Positions 33,668-41,963 of a stretch of DNA of 48,114 nucleotides are shown in pieces. Both the position numbers and the translations under genes were made by a program. The stretch's first letter is position 1; the number at the start of each line of letters is the position of its first letter. The notes beneath the pieces are model-generated. The model was not told the origin of the DNA. It saw only the letters and a list, made by a program, of their open reading frames with translations, and searched no databases. The stretch lies in the IMG/VR virus record IMGVR_UViG_3300045988_031966; one strand, given 5' to 3'. Source of the DNA: a virus.

Positions 33668-33865
33668 ATGGCAACCAAGCGACCGAGGAAGGCATACAAG
33701 CGAATCGGCTTCGAGGACAGAAAGAAAATTGAAATGCTGAACGCACAGGGGAAAACAGTAGATGAGATGGCACTGGCAATCGGAGTACACTCGGCAACGA
33801 TGTACCGGGAACTCGCCAGAGGTGGAGAACCATACCGGGCAGAGGTCGCACAGCATTCCATCTAA
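33668..33865 (+). CDS. Stand-alone IS30-type (HTH_38-like) DNA-binding protein; putative early regulator
   Basis: 65 aa with RBS aaggaggtggaaacaATG. FEDRKKIEMLNAQGKTVDEMALAIGVHSATMYRELARG parallels the transposase N-terminus. Confidence 0.65.
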   Translation: MATKRPRKAYKRIGFEDRKKIEMLNAQGKTVDEMALAIGVHSATMYRELARGGEPYRAEVAQHSI

Positions 33866-33886
33866 GCATAAGGAGGAGCGGGCGAA

Positions 33887-34312
33887 GTGGAAGAACTGGA
33901 TATTAAAACAGCCATACAGATAGCGAAGATACTGGCAGCTGCACCAGATGAAAGAATCCCCATGATACTGGATGTGTTCAGCAAAGCGTCCGTGGATATT
34001 AACGGACTGGATGAACTGGCAGAGTGGAGGGCACTCAATAAACAGACCGCCCTCATCGACACAGACACATTTGTGAGGGAACTTACAAAGGGCAGGGAAC
34101 TGACAGACGGAGAGTACCGGATCAAAGTGCCGGAGTTTAATCAGTTCTGCAATGCCAAGGGAGTGAGTGCCAGATACGCAAGGAAGCACCTCTATGAGAG
34201 CGGAAGGCTTCGGAGCAGCACAGATGGCGGCAAAATCAATTACACCTGCCCGGTGCAGGACAGCGAAACTAAGAAAACAGAACGGTGCGTATGCATCACG
34301 ACAACTGAATAA
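33887..34312 (+). CDS. Hypothetical early protein
   Basis: 141 aa. GTG start lies after aaggagg. Confidence 0.5.
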   Translation: MEELDIKTAIQIAKILAAAPDERIPMILDVFSKASVDINGLDELAEWRALNKQTALIDTDTFVRELTKGRELTDGEYRIKVPEFNQFCNAKGVSARYARKHLYESGRLRSSTDGGKINYTCPVQDSETKKTERCVCITTTE

Positions 34313-34717
34313 TGAACCAACTGGCAGGCATCAACCAGTATAAAAACTGATAGGTAGGAGCGAGCCGATGCAATAAATCACTCCGGCAGCAGGACATGAG
34401 CCTGCATGAATGGCTGTCGTAATTGGGATAGGGAACGCAGGCCCAAGTAAAATAACAACGGTTCGGAGGCAGATGAGAACACACGATGAGAGAACATCGG
34501 GAGCATGGACGTGTGGGTGCGAAACAATACCGATGGCGGCAAGGAAGAAACCGCACTGCAGGCAACAAGTACAGCTACCCCAAAGAATACTCAAGGGAGC
34601 ATACGGAACAGTTACTCTTCAAAGCCTTGGAGAACCTGTTCCATGCCAGACCCAAGAAGCCTAAGAGAGCATACTGAGGTACTGGCAGAAGTCAAGTACA
34701 TATAAAGGAGATTAAGC

Positions 34718-34870
34718 ATGAAACAGCCAAGCAGACTGACATGGAAACAGAAGCAGATTGTAAGTAAAGCAGGGAAGAACCCGGAAGATTATATGCTGCA
34801 TTCAGAAGATGAGAAGGAATTGATCCTCTATAACAAAAAGGAAAAGCGTCTGGAAGCAGTAGAGAAGTAG
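34718..34870 (+). CDS. Small conserved protein (DUF6906-like, tentative)
   Basis: 50 aa, below the ORF-track cut-off. RBS aaaggag. Sequence MKQPSRLTWKQKQIVSKAGKNPEDYMLHSEDEKELILYNKKEKRLEAVEK. Confidence 0.45.
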   Translation: MKQPSRLTWKQKQIVSKAGKNPEDYMLHSEDEKELILYNKKEKRLEAVEK

Positions 34871-34885
34871 GAGGTACATGAGAAA

Positions 34886-35620
34886 TTGAGAAGGCTGACA
34901 CGCAGACAAAAGCGAAAACTGAAACGGATCATCGGGGAAACGGTAAGTGCCGCAGCGATAGGAGTCGCACTGGGAGGACTGCTGATCTTTGGATTTGCAA
35001 CAGACAGCTACACACCGCCAGAACCGCCGGAGCATTTCGGACAGGTTGAGTATGGTGGAATCTGGTGGGAGCAGGAGGACTATGAAGCAATGATGGCAGA
35101 GCGTGAAGAATACCTCGCCGCAGAGCAGAAGGAAACTGCTGAGTTTGCGGAATCCATAAAGCAGGCACAAAAGCGGTACGAAGAATCACAGCAGCAGGAA
35201 ATCCTCGGGTACCGGAATGCAGAGCGTCAGTCTTTGATAGGCAGCATGGACTGGGATGCGGAAGAATCCTATATGTTAGCCAAAATCGCCATGGCTGAAG
35301 CAGAGGGCGAAGATACCAAAGGAAAAGCCTTGGTCATTCTGACAGTGCTGAACCGGGTATGGAGTGATCAGTTTCCGGACACCATCGCAGAAGTCATCAC
35401 AGATGGAAACGCATTCACATCATACATCAATGGACGCTATGACAGGATAGAGCCAAACGAGGACTGCTACCGAGCACTGGAAATGGTGCAGGTGGAGCAC
35501 TGGGATGAGAGCCAAGGGGCAACATACTTCGAGAGAACAACCTCCGAGGAAACATGGCACAACAGCAATCTGAAGGAACTCTTCACGCACGGAAATCACA
35601 CATTCTATACAGAAAAGTAG
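34886..35620 (+). CDS. Membrane-anchored SleB/CwlJ-type cell-wall hydrolase
   Basis: 244 aa. TTG start lies after aggagg. N-terminal TM (AAAIGVALGGLLIFGFA). C-terminal domain AMAEAEGEDTKGKALVILTVLNRVWSDQFPDTIAEVI...GATYFE. Confidence 0.75.
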   Translation: MRRLTRRQKRKLKRIIGETVSAAAIGVALGGLLIFGFATDSYTPPEPPEHFGQVEYGGIWWEQEDYEAMMAEREEYLAAEQKETAEFAESIKQAQKRYEESQQQEILGYRNAERQSLIGSMDWDAEESYMLAKIAMAEAEGEDTKGKALVILTVLNRVWSDQFPDTIAEVITDGNAFTSYINGRYDRIEPNEDCYRALEMVQVEHWDESQGATYFERTTSEETWHNSNLKELFTHGNHTFYTEK

Positions 35621-35641
35621 GAAAGAACATGGGAATATTAT

Positions 35642-36055
35642 ATGACCTATATAAGCAGGTCATGGAAAGGAAGAATCGCAATGAAGATGGCAATGAAGGA
35701 CGGTCAGATCTTAATCAGAGAAGCCGACAATGTCCAATTCACGATCATAAAGAGTTGGGGAAAGATGAAATGGAACAGAGCCTCTCAGACACTCAGCGGA
35801 CCGGCAGACATTGAACTTCTGAACCGACTGGCAGGATTGGTAAACTTGCCACCGAGCATAGAAACGGAACGAAAGAAGTTGAATGAAGTCATGGCAGCGG
35901 TGGATCGGGAACGCATGAACCCAAACCCAAAACCATTCATAGAGCCGCCAGTCAAGGTGTCGCCTTTCACGCACCAAGTGAGAGGGTACAACATGGCACT
36001 TATGACATTCGGACTGGTCGAACCGCCGAAAGAGGAGGTGGAGCGGCATGGGTAA
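35642..36055 (+). CDS. Hypothetical protein (true start possibly ATG 35681)
   Basis: 137-aa ORF. An internal ATG at 35681 follows ggaaaggaag. Confidence 0.5.
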   Translation: MTYISRSWKGRIAMKMAMKDGQILIREADNVQFTIIKSWGKMKWNRASQTLSGPADIELLNRLAGLVNLPPSIETERKKLNEVMAAVDRERMNPNPKPFIEPPVKVSPFTHQVRGYNMALMTFGLVEPPKEEVERHG

Positions 36056-36416
36056 AACAAAGGATTATAAAAAAATTATCGCACAGTTGGATAACCTGCA
36101 GGAACACACCAGAAGCATGGAGCATGACGGAGAGGAAATCTGGAAGCAGGACAGCGAAGCCTTGCAGGAGGCAATGGACATCATCAGTGACTATGAAAAG
36201 GTCGTTGCAAGCCTTAATCGGATGATAGAGCAGTATGAGCGACCGGAGATAACACGGAAGATTGCTGCCGGGGTATATGTCTGCCCCAACTGCGGAAAGC
36301 GTGTGCAGGTCGGGCATAGTTACTGCCACTGGTGCGGAAAGAGAGTCTCATGGGATAGGGAAAGCTACGATACCAGAAAATGGCGGGGAGGAAAGAAACG
36401 ATGCAGCAGGAACTAA
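36048..36416 (+). CDS. Zinc-ribbon protein
   Basis: 122 aa with RBS gaggagg. CPNCGKRVQVGHSYCHWCGKRV gives two CxxC pairs. Confidence 0.6.
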   Translation: MGKTKDYKKIIAQLDNLQEHTRSMEHDGEEIWKQDSEALQEAMDIISDYEKVVASLNRMIEQYERPEITRKIAAGVYVCPNCGKRVQVGHSYCHWCGKRVSWDRESYDTRKWRGGKKRCSRN

Positions 36417-37354
36417 CAATGGGATCGCTTTTCTCCGGAAGCGGTGGCTTTGAACTGGCATCGGCAATCTTCGGAATAGAGCCGAGATGGGCAAGTGAAA
36501 TCGAGCCACTCCCGATGCTGATCACAAAGAAGAACTTCCCGGAAATGCCACATCATGGAGATATACGATACATGAACGGTGGAAAGGTAGAAGCGGTTAC
36601 TGTGATCGCAGGCGGTTCTCCATGCCAAGATATGAGTGTGGCAGGGCAGAGAGCCGGACTGGATGGCAGCCGGAGCAATCTATTCCATGAACAAATCAGA
36701 ATCATAAAGGAGATGAGAGAACATGACAGAAAAGCAGGAAGGACAGGCAAGTATATCAGACCAAGGTTCATGGTCTGGGAAAATGTCCCCGGAGCATTCT
36801 CAAGCAACAAAGGAAAGGACTTCCAAGCAGTCCTGCAGGCAATCGTCAGCGTCACGGACGATACAGCCGCAGTTCCTCTCCCTCCGAAAGGAAAATGGCA
36901 GAGTGCCGGATGTATCATGGGCGACACTTACTCAATCGCTTGGAGAACGCTTGATGCCCAATACTGGGGAGTCCCCCAAAGAAGAAAAAGGATCTACCTT
37001 GTCGCAGATTTTGGAGGCGACACCGCCCCCAAAATATTATTTGAGCGAGAAGGCTTGTCTCGGGATTTTGCGGAGAGCCGAGAAGCGTGGCAAAGAGCTG
37101 CCGGAGATATTAAAGAAGGCACTCATAAAGCAGGCACAGAGAATGTCGAATGTTACGACATCAGCGACAGACGCAGAGTAGCGGACAAGAGTGAGGTGTC
37201 GCCTACGCTGACCACGAAGATGGGGACCGGCGGGAACAATGTGCCGATTGTCATAGAAACCCACGCACAAGATGCACGGTGGGGAATATCAGAGGATAAT
37301 ATCGTGCAAACCCTCGCAAGCAATATGGGCACAGGGGGGGCAATGTACCGATGA
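36401..37354 (+). CDS. DNA (cytosine-5) methyltransferase, N-terminal fragment (motifs I-VIII)
   Basis: LFSGSGGFELA (motif I), GGSPCQDMSVAG (IV), FMVWENVPG (VI) and PQRRKRIYLVA (VIII). The frame ends 12 nt after the G7 run at 37334..37340. Confidence 0.85.
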   Translation: MQQELTMGSLFSGSGGFELASAIFGIEPRWASEIEPLPMLITKKNFPEMPHHGDIRYMNGGKVEAVTVIAGGSPCQDMSVAGQRAGLDGSRSNLFHEQIRIIKEMREHDRKAGRTGKYIRPRFMVWENVPGAFSSNKGKDFQAVLQAIVSVTDDTAAVPLPPKGKWQSAGCIMGDTYSIAWRTLDAQYWGVPQRRKRIYLVADFGGDTAPKILFEREGLSRDFAESREAWQRAAGDIKEGTHKAGTENVECYDISDRRRVADKSEVSPTLTTKMGTGGNNVPIVIETHAQDARWGISEDNIVQTLASNMGTGGAMYR

Positions 37355-38145
37355 TCATGAATGAAGCAAGGTCAGTAGACCTAAGAAATCAGCGATTGGG
37401 AGATGACAAAGCAGAAACCCTGCATGGGTGCGGACATGGCAGTTCCGTGGCGACTGTCATAGAACCGACAGCGTTCCACATTACGCAGGACCCGACAGCA
37501 TTCGAGGGGAAGTCCCCGTGTCTGACGCAGGGCAATCCAAAGACAGGGCAGGCAACTATCGGAGTGGCAATTCCAATCGCAGACAAAGCCACCAGATACA
37601 AGGGCGGCGGTAACACCAGAAACAATGACGGATCAGCCAATGGACTGGGAGTCGGAGAACCGGGAGCACCTGCCAACACTCTCACAGCAGCCGACCGTCA
37701 TGCAGTCGCATATGCAATGCAGGCATTCGGACAGTATAAAGAATCAGAAATAGCCAGTGCGATAAAGGCTCGTGATTTTAAGGACAGCACAGACCTTATA
37801 GTGGAATTGGAATATATCATACGCAGGCTGACTCCGTTGGAATGCTGCCGCCTGCAGGGTTTCCCGGATGATTGGACTGAGGACATCGCCATCACAGAAC
37901 CAAAGGCATCGGTCATCAGAGAATGGATGATTGCCTGGGCAGAATGGTGGCGGCTGATCGGGAAAGACAGTGGAATCCAACTGCCAAAGGATGCCAAGCA
38001 GGTAGAACGATGGCTCGCTGATCCGGCAAGCGACTCAGGTCTTTATAAAATGTGGGGAAATGGAATCGCACTTCCATGTGCCATGTTTGTGATGGAAGGC
38101 ATCGCAGAAGTACTGAAGGGGGAAAATTCCAATGAATCAGAATAA
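37351..38145 (+). CDS. DNA (cytosine-5) methyltransferase, C-terminal fragment (TRD part plus motifs IX-X)
   Basis: RRLTPLECCRLQGFPDDW (IX) and YKMWGNGIALPCAMFV (X). The frame becomes continuous with 36401..37354 if the G7 run gains one G. Confidence 0.85.
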   Translation: MIMNEARSVDLRNQRLGDDKAETLHGCGHGSSVATVIEPTAFHITQDPTAFEGKSPCLTQGNPKTGQATIGVAIPIADKATRYKGGGNTRNNDGSANGLGVGEPGAPANTLTAADRHAVAYAMQAFGQYKESEIASAIKARDFKDSTDLIVELEYIIRRLTPLECCRLQGFPDDWTEDIAITEPKASVIREWMIAWAEWWRLIGKDSGIQLPKDAKQVERWLADPASDSGLYKMWGNGIALPCAMFVMEGIAEVLKGENSNESE

Positions 38146-38249
38146 CAGAGGTTACACAGCCTGCCAGAACCCACTGGCGACTAAAGAACAGAAAGCCGAA
38201 TGGGATAGGATGGTGCGTGACCTTAAGACAAGAAAACAGGAGGAGCAAA

Positions 38250-39611
38250 ATGCAAAGCAGCAAAAACACAGTACATAAAGGCTTCGGACTGCTCTTCGAA
38301 ATGGGATGCGGAAAGACACTGACTGCAATCATGATAGCAGGAACAGCTTACCAGATGGGGAAAGTGGAAAAGGTACTGGTCGTAGCACCAACCTCCGTCT
38401 GCTCCGTATGGCCCAAAGATTTCGCAGAATTCGCAGACTTTAAAGCTAACATAAAAGTGCTGCTCGGAGATAAGAACCGCAGGATCAAGATGTTAAACGA
38501 CCTCGACAATTTTCCGTTCAAGGCACTAAAGGTGGCTGTGATCAACTACGAATCCACATGGCGGGAGGGTGTCTTTGAAGCACTCTACGATTGGGATGCG
38601 GATATGATCATCTGCGATGAAAGCCAGAGAATCAAGACGCACGATGCAGAGCAGTCCAAGGCAATGCACAAATTGGGAGATCGGGCAAGGTACAAGCTGA
38701 TACTTTCCGGGACCCCAGTACAGAACAATGCCATAGATTTATACAGTCAGTACCGCTTCCTTGACCCGACTATCTTCGGAACGAACTTCTATCAGTTCCG
38801 AAACAGGTATGCAATCATGGGCGGTTTTAACAGACACCAGATTGTGGGATACAAGGATATGGATCAGTTAATCCAAAAAGAACATTCCATCGCATACCGA
38901 GTAACCAAAGAGGAGGCACTCGATCTTCCGGAACAGACATTCCTGCAGCGATACATCACTATGTCGTCCAAGGAAAAAGGAATCTATGACCGCATCAAGC
39001 GCGAGAGTTTCGCAGAACTGGAGAATGGCGGTCAGATTACTGCCACAACCGTACTGACAAAACTCCTGCGGCTACAGCAATTCACTGGCGGTTTCTTGGT
39101 GGCAGACGGAGAGGAAAAGCCGGAACTGGTCAGCAAAGGAAAACTGAACGCACTGGAAGAAATCATAGACGATTATGTGATTGGGGCAGACAAGAAACTG
39201 GTAATCTTCGCCCGGTTCAGACCGGAGATAGGCATCATCGGGAAAATGCTCGCAAAGAAGAAATTGCGGTATGGTGCAATTTATGGAGATGTGAAACTGG
39301 AGGATCGTGGCGATATCGTCAAGGATTTTCAGACCAACCCGGAAACAAAGGTATTCCTCGCACAGATCGATACCGCAGGACTGGGAATCACGCTGACCGC
39401 AGCCGATACCTGCGTGTATTACTCGGTCAATTTCAACTATGCAGCATACAGCCAGAGCCTTGCACGAATACACAGAATCGGTCAGAAGAACACCTGCACC
39501 TATATCCATCTGATTACAGAGGGAACGATAGATGAGGTGGTGCTGAAAGCACTGGCGAAAAAAGAGGACTTGGCGAAAACGGTCGTGGATACATGGAGGG
39601 ATTATTTCTAA
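38250..39611 (+). CDS. SNF2-family helicase/ATPase
   Basis: ATG lies 6 nt after aggagg. EMGCGKT (motif I), ICDESQRIK (II), LSGTPVQN (III) and GLGITLTAADT...QSLARIHRIGQ (V/VI). Confidence 0.85.
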   Translation: MQSSKNTVHKGFGLLFEMGCGKTLTAIMIAGTAYQMGKVEKVLVVAPTSVCSVWPKDFAEFADFKANIKVLLGDKNRRIKMLNDLDNFPFKALKVAVINYESTWREGVFEALYDWDADMIICDESQRIKTHDAEQSKAMHKLGDRARYKLILSGTPVQNNAIDLYSQYRFLDPTIFGTNFYQFRNRYAIMGGFNRHQIVGYKDMDQLIQKEHSIAYRVTKEEALDLPEQTFLQRYITMSSKEKGIYDRIKRESFAELENGGQITATTVLTKLLRLQQFTGGFLVADGEEKPELVSKGKLNALEEIIDDYVIGADKKLVIFARFRPEIGIIGKMLAKKKLRYGAIYGDVKLEDRGDIVKDFQTNPETKVFLAQIDTAGLGITLTAADTCVYYSVNFNYAAYSQSLARIHRIGQKNTCTYIHLITEGTIDEVVLKALAKKEDLAKTVVDTWRDYF

Positions 39612-40177
39612 TGGCAAAGGTTGATATTTTTACCACGGAAGAAAAATACGACATCCTCTATACAGATCCACCGTGGAAGCAGGGCAGGGGCGGTAAGAAA
39701 GCAGCAAGACCAAACTCCACCGGAACGACCGTTCCATACGACACCATGGACATCCCCGGAATCATGGAGATACATAACTTTGTGACAGGAAATCTGATGA
39801 ACGAAAAGCACAATGTGTTCATGTGGACGATAGACAAGTACCTGCCGCAGACAGAGGAAATCATGAGCCTTTTGGGGTATCAGCTCCATGCAAGGCTGAT
39901 ATGGGATAAAGGCAACGGACCGGCACCCGCCTATACGGTGCGGTTCGCACACGAATACCTGCTGTGGTTTTTTAAGAAGGGAAATATCATCCTCCCGGAT
40001 AAGGACAAGCGTGGAGCGTTCTCTACGGTGCTTCGGGAGAACAGCCGTAGATGCCACAGTAAAAAGCCGGAATGTGCCTATCGGATGTTAGAAACATTCT
40101 TCCCACAGGCAAAGAAACTGGAACTCTTCGCAAGGACGGAGCGTGACGGTTGGGACCAGTGGGGGAACGAATTATAA
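39611..40177 (+). CDS. MT-A70-family N6-adenine DNA methyltransferase
   Basis: ATG overlaps the SNF2 stop. Catalytic motif ILYTDPPWK (DPPW). About 188 aa. Confidence 0.8.
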   Translation: MAKVDIFTTEEKYDILYTDPPWKQGRGGKKAARPNSTGTTVPYDTMDIPGIMEIHNFVTGNLMNEKHNVFMWTIDKYLPQTEEIMSLLGYQLHARLIWDKGNGPAPAYTVRFAHEYLLWFFKKGNIILPDKDKRGAFSTVLRENSRRCHSKKPECAYRMLETFFPQAKKLELFARTERDGWDQWGNEL

Positions 40178-40196
40178 AACCAAAGGAGGAGCAACA

Positions 40197-40667
40197 ATGG
40201 AAACAGTAATGACACTGGATGACAAAGTCAGAGCCTATAAGGAACTGCTTGATAAAAAGGATGAACTGGCAGAGCAGACCAAGGCAAACAATGAAGAACT
40301 GAAAAACATGGAGCAGGAGATCGCCAGACAGATGGTAGATGAGGAAAAACCGGATACCACGGTCGATGGCTTCAAATACAGCCTGCAGGAGAAAACAAGG
40401 TACTCCAAGATTTCAGAAGAAAAGCTGATGGAAAAAGGCTTGGTATTCTTCGATGTTTTGAGAGAGCAGGGATTCGGACACCTCATCACAGAGCGTGTTG
40501 ATCCACGCACCCTTGACTCTGCGATGAACAATCTGACTGCAGAGAATGATGGAGAGCTGCCGGAAGAACTGGCAGAGGTGCTGTCCGTTTATTCAGAACT
40601 GAAGGTATCTAAAAGAAAAGCAAATACAAAGGCACTGAACCGTGCCAAGGCAGCGAAGGAGGAATAA
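40197..40667 (+). CDS. Hypothetical coiled-coil protein
   Basis: ATG 40197 lies after aaaggagg. 156 aa with a charged helical N-terminus. Confidence 0.55.
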   Translation: METVMTLDDKVRAYKELLDKKDELAEQTKANNEELKNMEQEIARQMVDEEKPDTTVDGFKYSLQEKTRYSKISEEKLMEKGLVFFDVLREQGFGHLITERVDPRTLDSAMNNLTAENDGELPEELAEVLSVYSELKVSKRKANTKALNRAKAAKEE

Positions 40668-40671
40668 AACC

Positions 40672-41130
40672 ATGAAAGATTACACGCAGATGGAGATTGA
40701 TGTCACATTAGAGAGTGACCGTGACTTAAAAGAAAATATGCAGGCGGCTGCCAAGTTTGCCCTAGGGCAGATTATGGAGTACACGCACCCGACTGAGGTA
40801 AAGAACCGCCATGAGGGATACGGTATTGCAGCGGAAGGGTATTCCGCACTGCAGGGGAAAATGAAATCAGTTAAGACCGACATGGACGACCTGCTGAAAC
40901 TTCTCCCGAATGGAGATGGCGATGTCCTCAATGTGATCGGCAGCCTTTACAATTCAGCGGTAGAGGTAGCGGTGGAAGCCATTAAACTGGCAGCACAGAG
41001 CCAGAGGATCATGGATGACCTCTACTATGGAGAGAGCAGACCGACACCACTGGAAGAACTGATGGACGCAGAAGAAGATGAGCAGGAAGATGAGAATGAT
41101 GGCTTTGAAGAAGCAGAAAGCGAGGAATAA
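40672..41130 (+). CDS. Hypothetical protein with acidic C-terminus
   Basis: ATG 40672 lies after gaaggagg. 152 aa, ending EEDEQEDENDGFEEAESEE. Confidence 0.55.
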   Translation: MKDYTQMEIDVTLESDRDLKENMQAAAKFALGQIMEYTHPTEVKNRHEGYGIAAEGYSALQGKMKSVKTDMDDLLKLLPNGDGDVLNVIGSLYNSAVEVAVEAIKLAAQSQRIMDDLYYGESRPTPLEELMDAEEDEQEDENDGFEEAESEE

Positions 41131-41132
41131 TC

Positions 41133-41912
41133 ATGGCAAAGAATGAAGTAGCAGTAGCAGATCAGAAATTCAACCTGGTAACGCTGACCGAGGAGTTGAA
41201 GGAAGCAATCGCAGAGGAAATGGATGGACTGGGAACAATTCCGTTTGAAAGAGCCAAAATTCCAAGCGGCGGTGGTCTTGCCTTTGAACTGCCGGGAGAA
41301 ACAGAAGATGAGCCTGTCATGAGCACAGATCTCACCGGAGTCATTCTCCATCACCACCCGGTAAACGCATACTGGGATGAACAGTACAGCGGAGGCAACG
41401 AACAGCCGGACTGCTCCAGTTACGATGGAAAGCAGGGCGTGGAGAGAGAAACCGGAGAGATCCATGACTGCAGCAAGTGCCCGCATAACCAGTTCGGAAG
41501 CAAGGGAACAGGAAAAGCCTGCAAGAATATCCACAGATGTTACATCCTGCAGGAGGGAAATCCCGTGCCGATCATTCTCGCACTGCCTCCGACATCGCTG
41601 AAATATATCCGGGATTACATCGGGAAAAGAATCCTCTTGAAAGGTCTCCGGTGTTTCGATGCGGTAACCAAGATCACGCTGAAAAAGGAAAAGTCCGCAG
41701 ACGGAATCACATACTCCAGAGCAGCGTTCGCCTTTGTCAGCAAGCTGACCGATGAGCAGAGGGCAGAAGCAAAAGCCATGGCAGAAAACGTAAAGGCGAT
41801 GGCAGGCAATATCCCGGAAGTGGATGAAGCGGACTACAACACTGCGGCACCCGTGGACTCTGCTGATTTTGTAAGCGTAGAGGGAACACAGGAGAATCTG
41901 CCTTTCAACTAA
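41133..41912 (+). CDS. Conserved replication/recombination-module protein with Cys cluster (function unknown)
   Basis: 259 aa. PDCSSYDG...CSKCPHNQFGSKGTGKACKN suggests a zinc-binding site. Confidence 0.5.
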   Translation: MAKNEVAVADQKFNLVTLTEELKEAIAEEMDGLGTIPFERAKIPSGGGLAFELPGETEDEPVMSTDLTGVILHHHPVNAYWDEQYSGGNEQPDCSSYDGKQGVERETGEIHDCSKCPHNQFGSKGTGKACKNIHRCYILQEGNPVPIILALPPTSLKYIRDYIGKRILLKGLRCFDAVTKITLKKEKSADGITYSRAAFAFVSKLTDEQRAEAKAMAENVKAMAGNIPEVDEADYNTAAPVDSADFVSVEGTQENLPFN

Positions 41913-41963
41913 AGGTGGCAGGGGCGGGGAGCACCCCCCCCATTAGAAAAGGAGGCACACAGC

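Noticed and set aside
34410-34705. Three mutually overlapping + strand ORFs (84, 63 and 66 aa)
   Set aside because: All three frames are open because the tract is T-poor. None has an RBS or a protein-like sequence. I treated the region as non-coding; see the finding.
35956-35966. 11-nt match (ggtgtcgcctt) to the 3' end of the TR, considered as a second DGR target
   Set aside because: There is no further similarity on either side. A single 11-mer hit among about 100 possible TR 11-mers in 96 kb of two-strand sequence is within chance expectation.
38132-38278. 48-aa ORF upstream of SNF2, considered as a frameshifted SNF2 N-terminus
   Set aside because: No clear Q-motif or homopolymer slippage site could be identified by eye. 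It is left unannotated and mentioned under the SNF2 finding for read-level checking.
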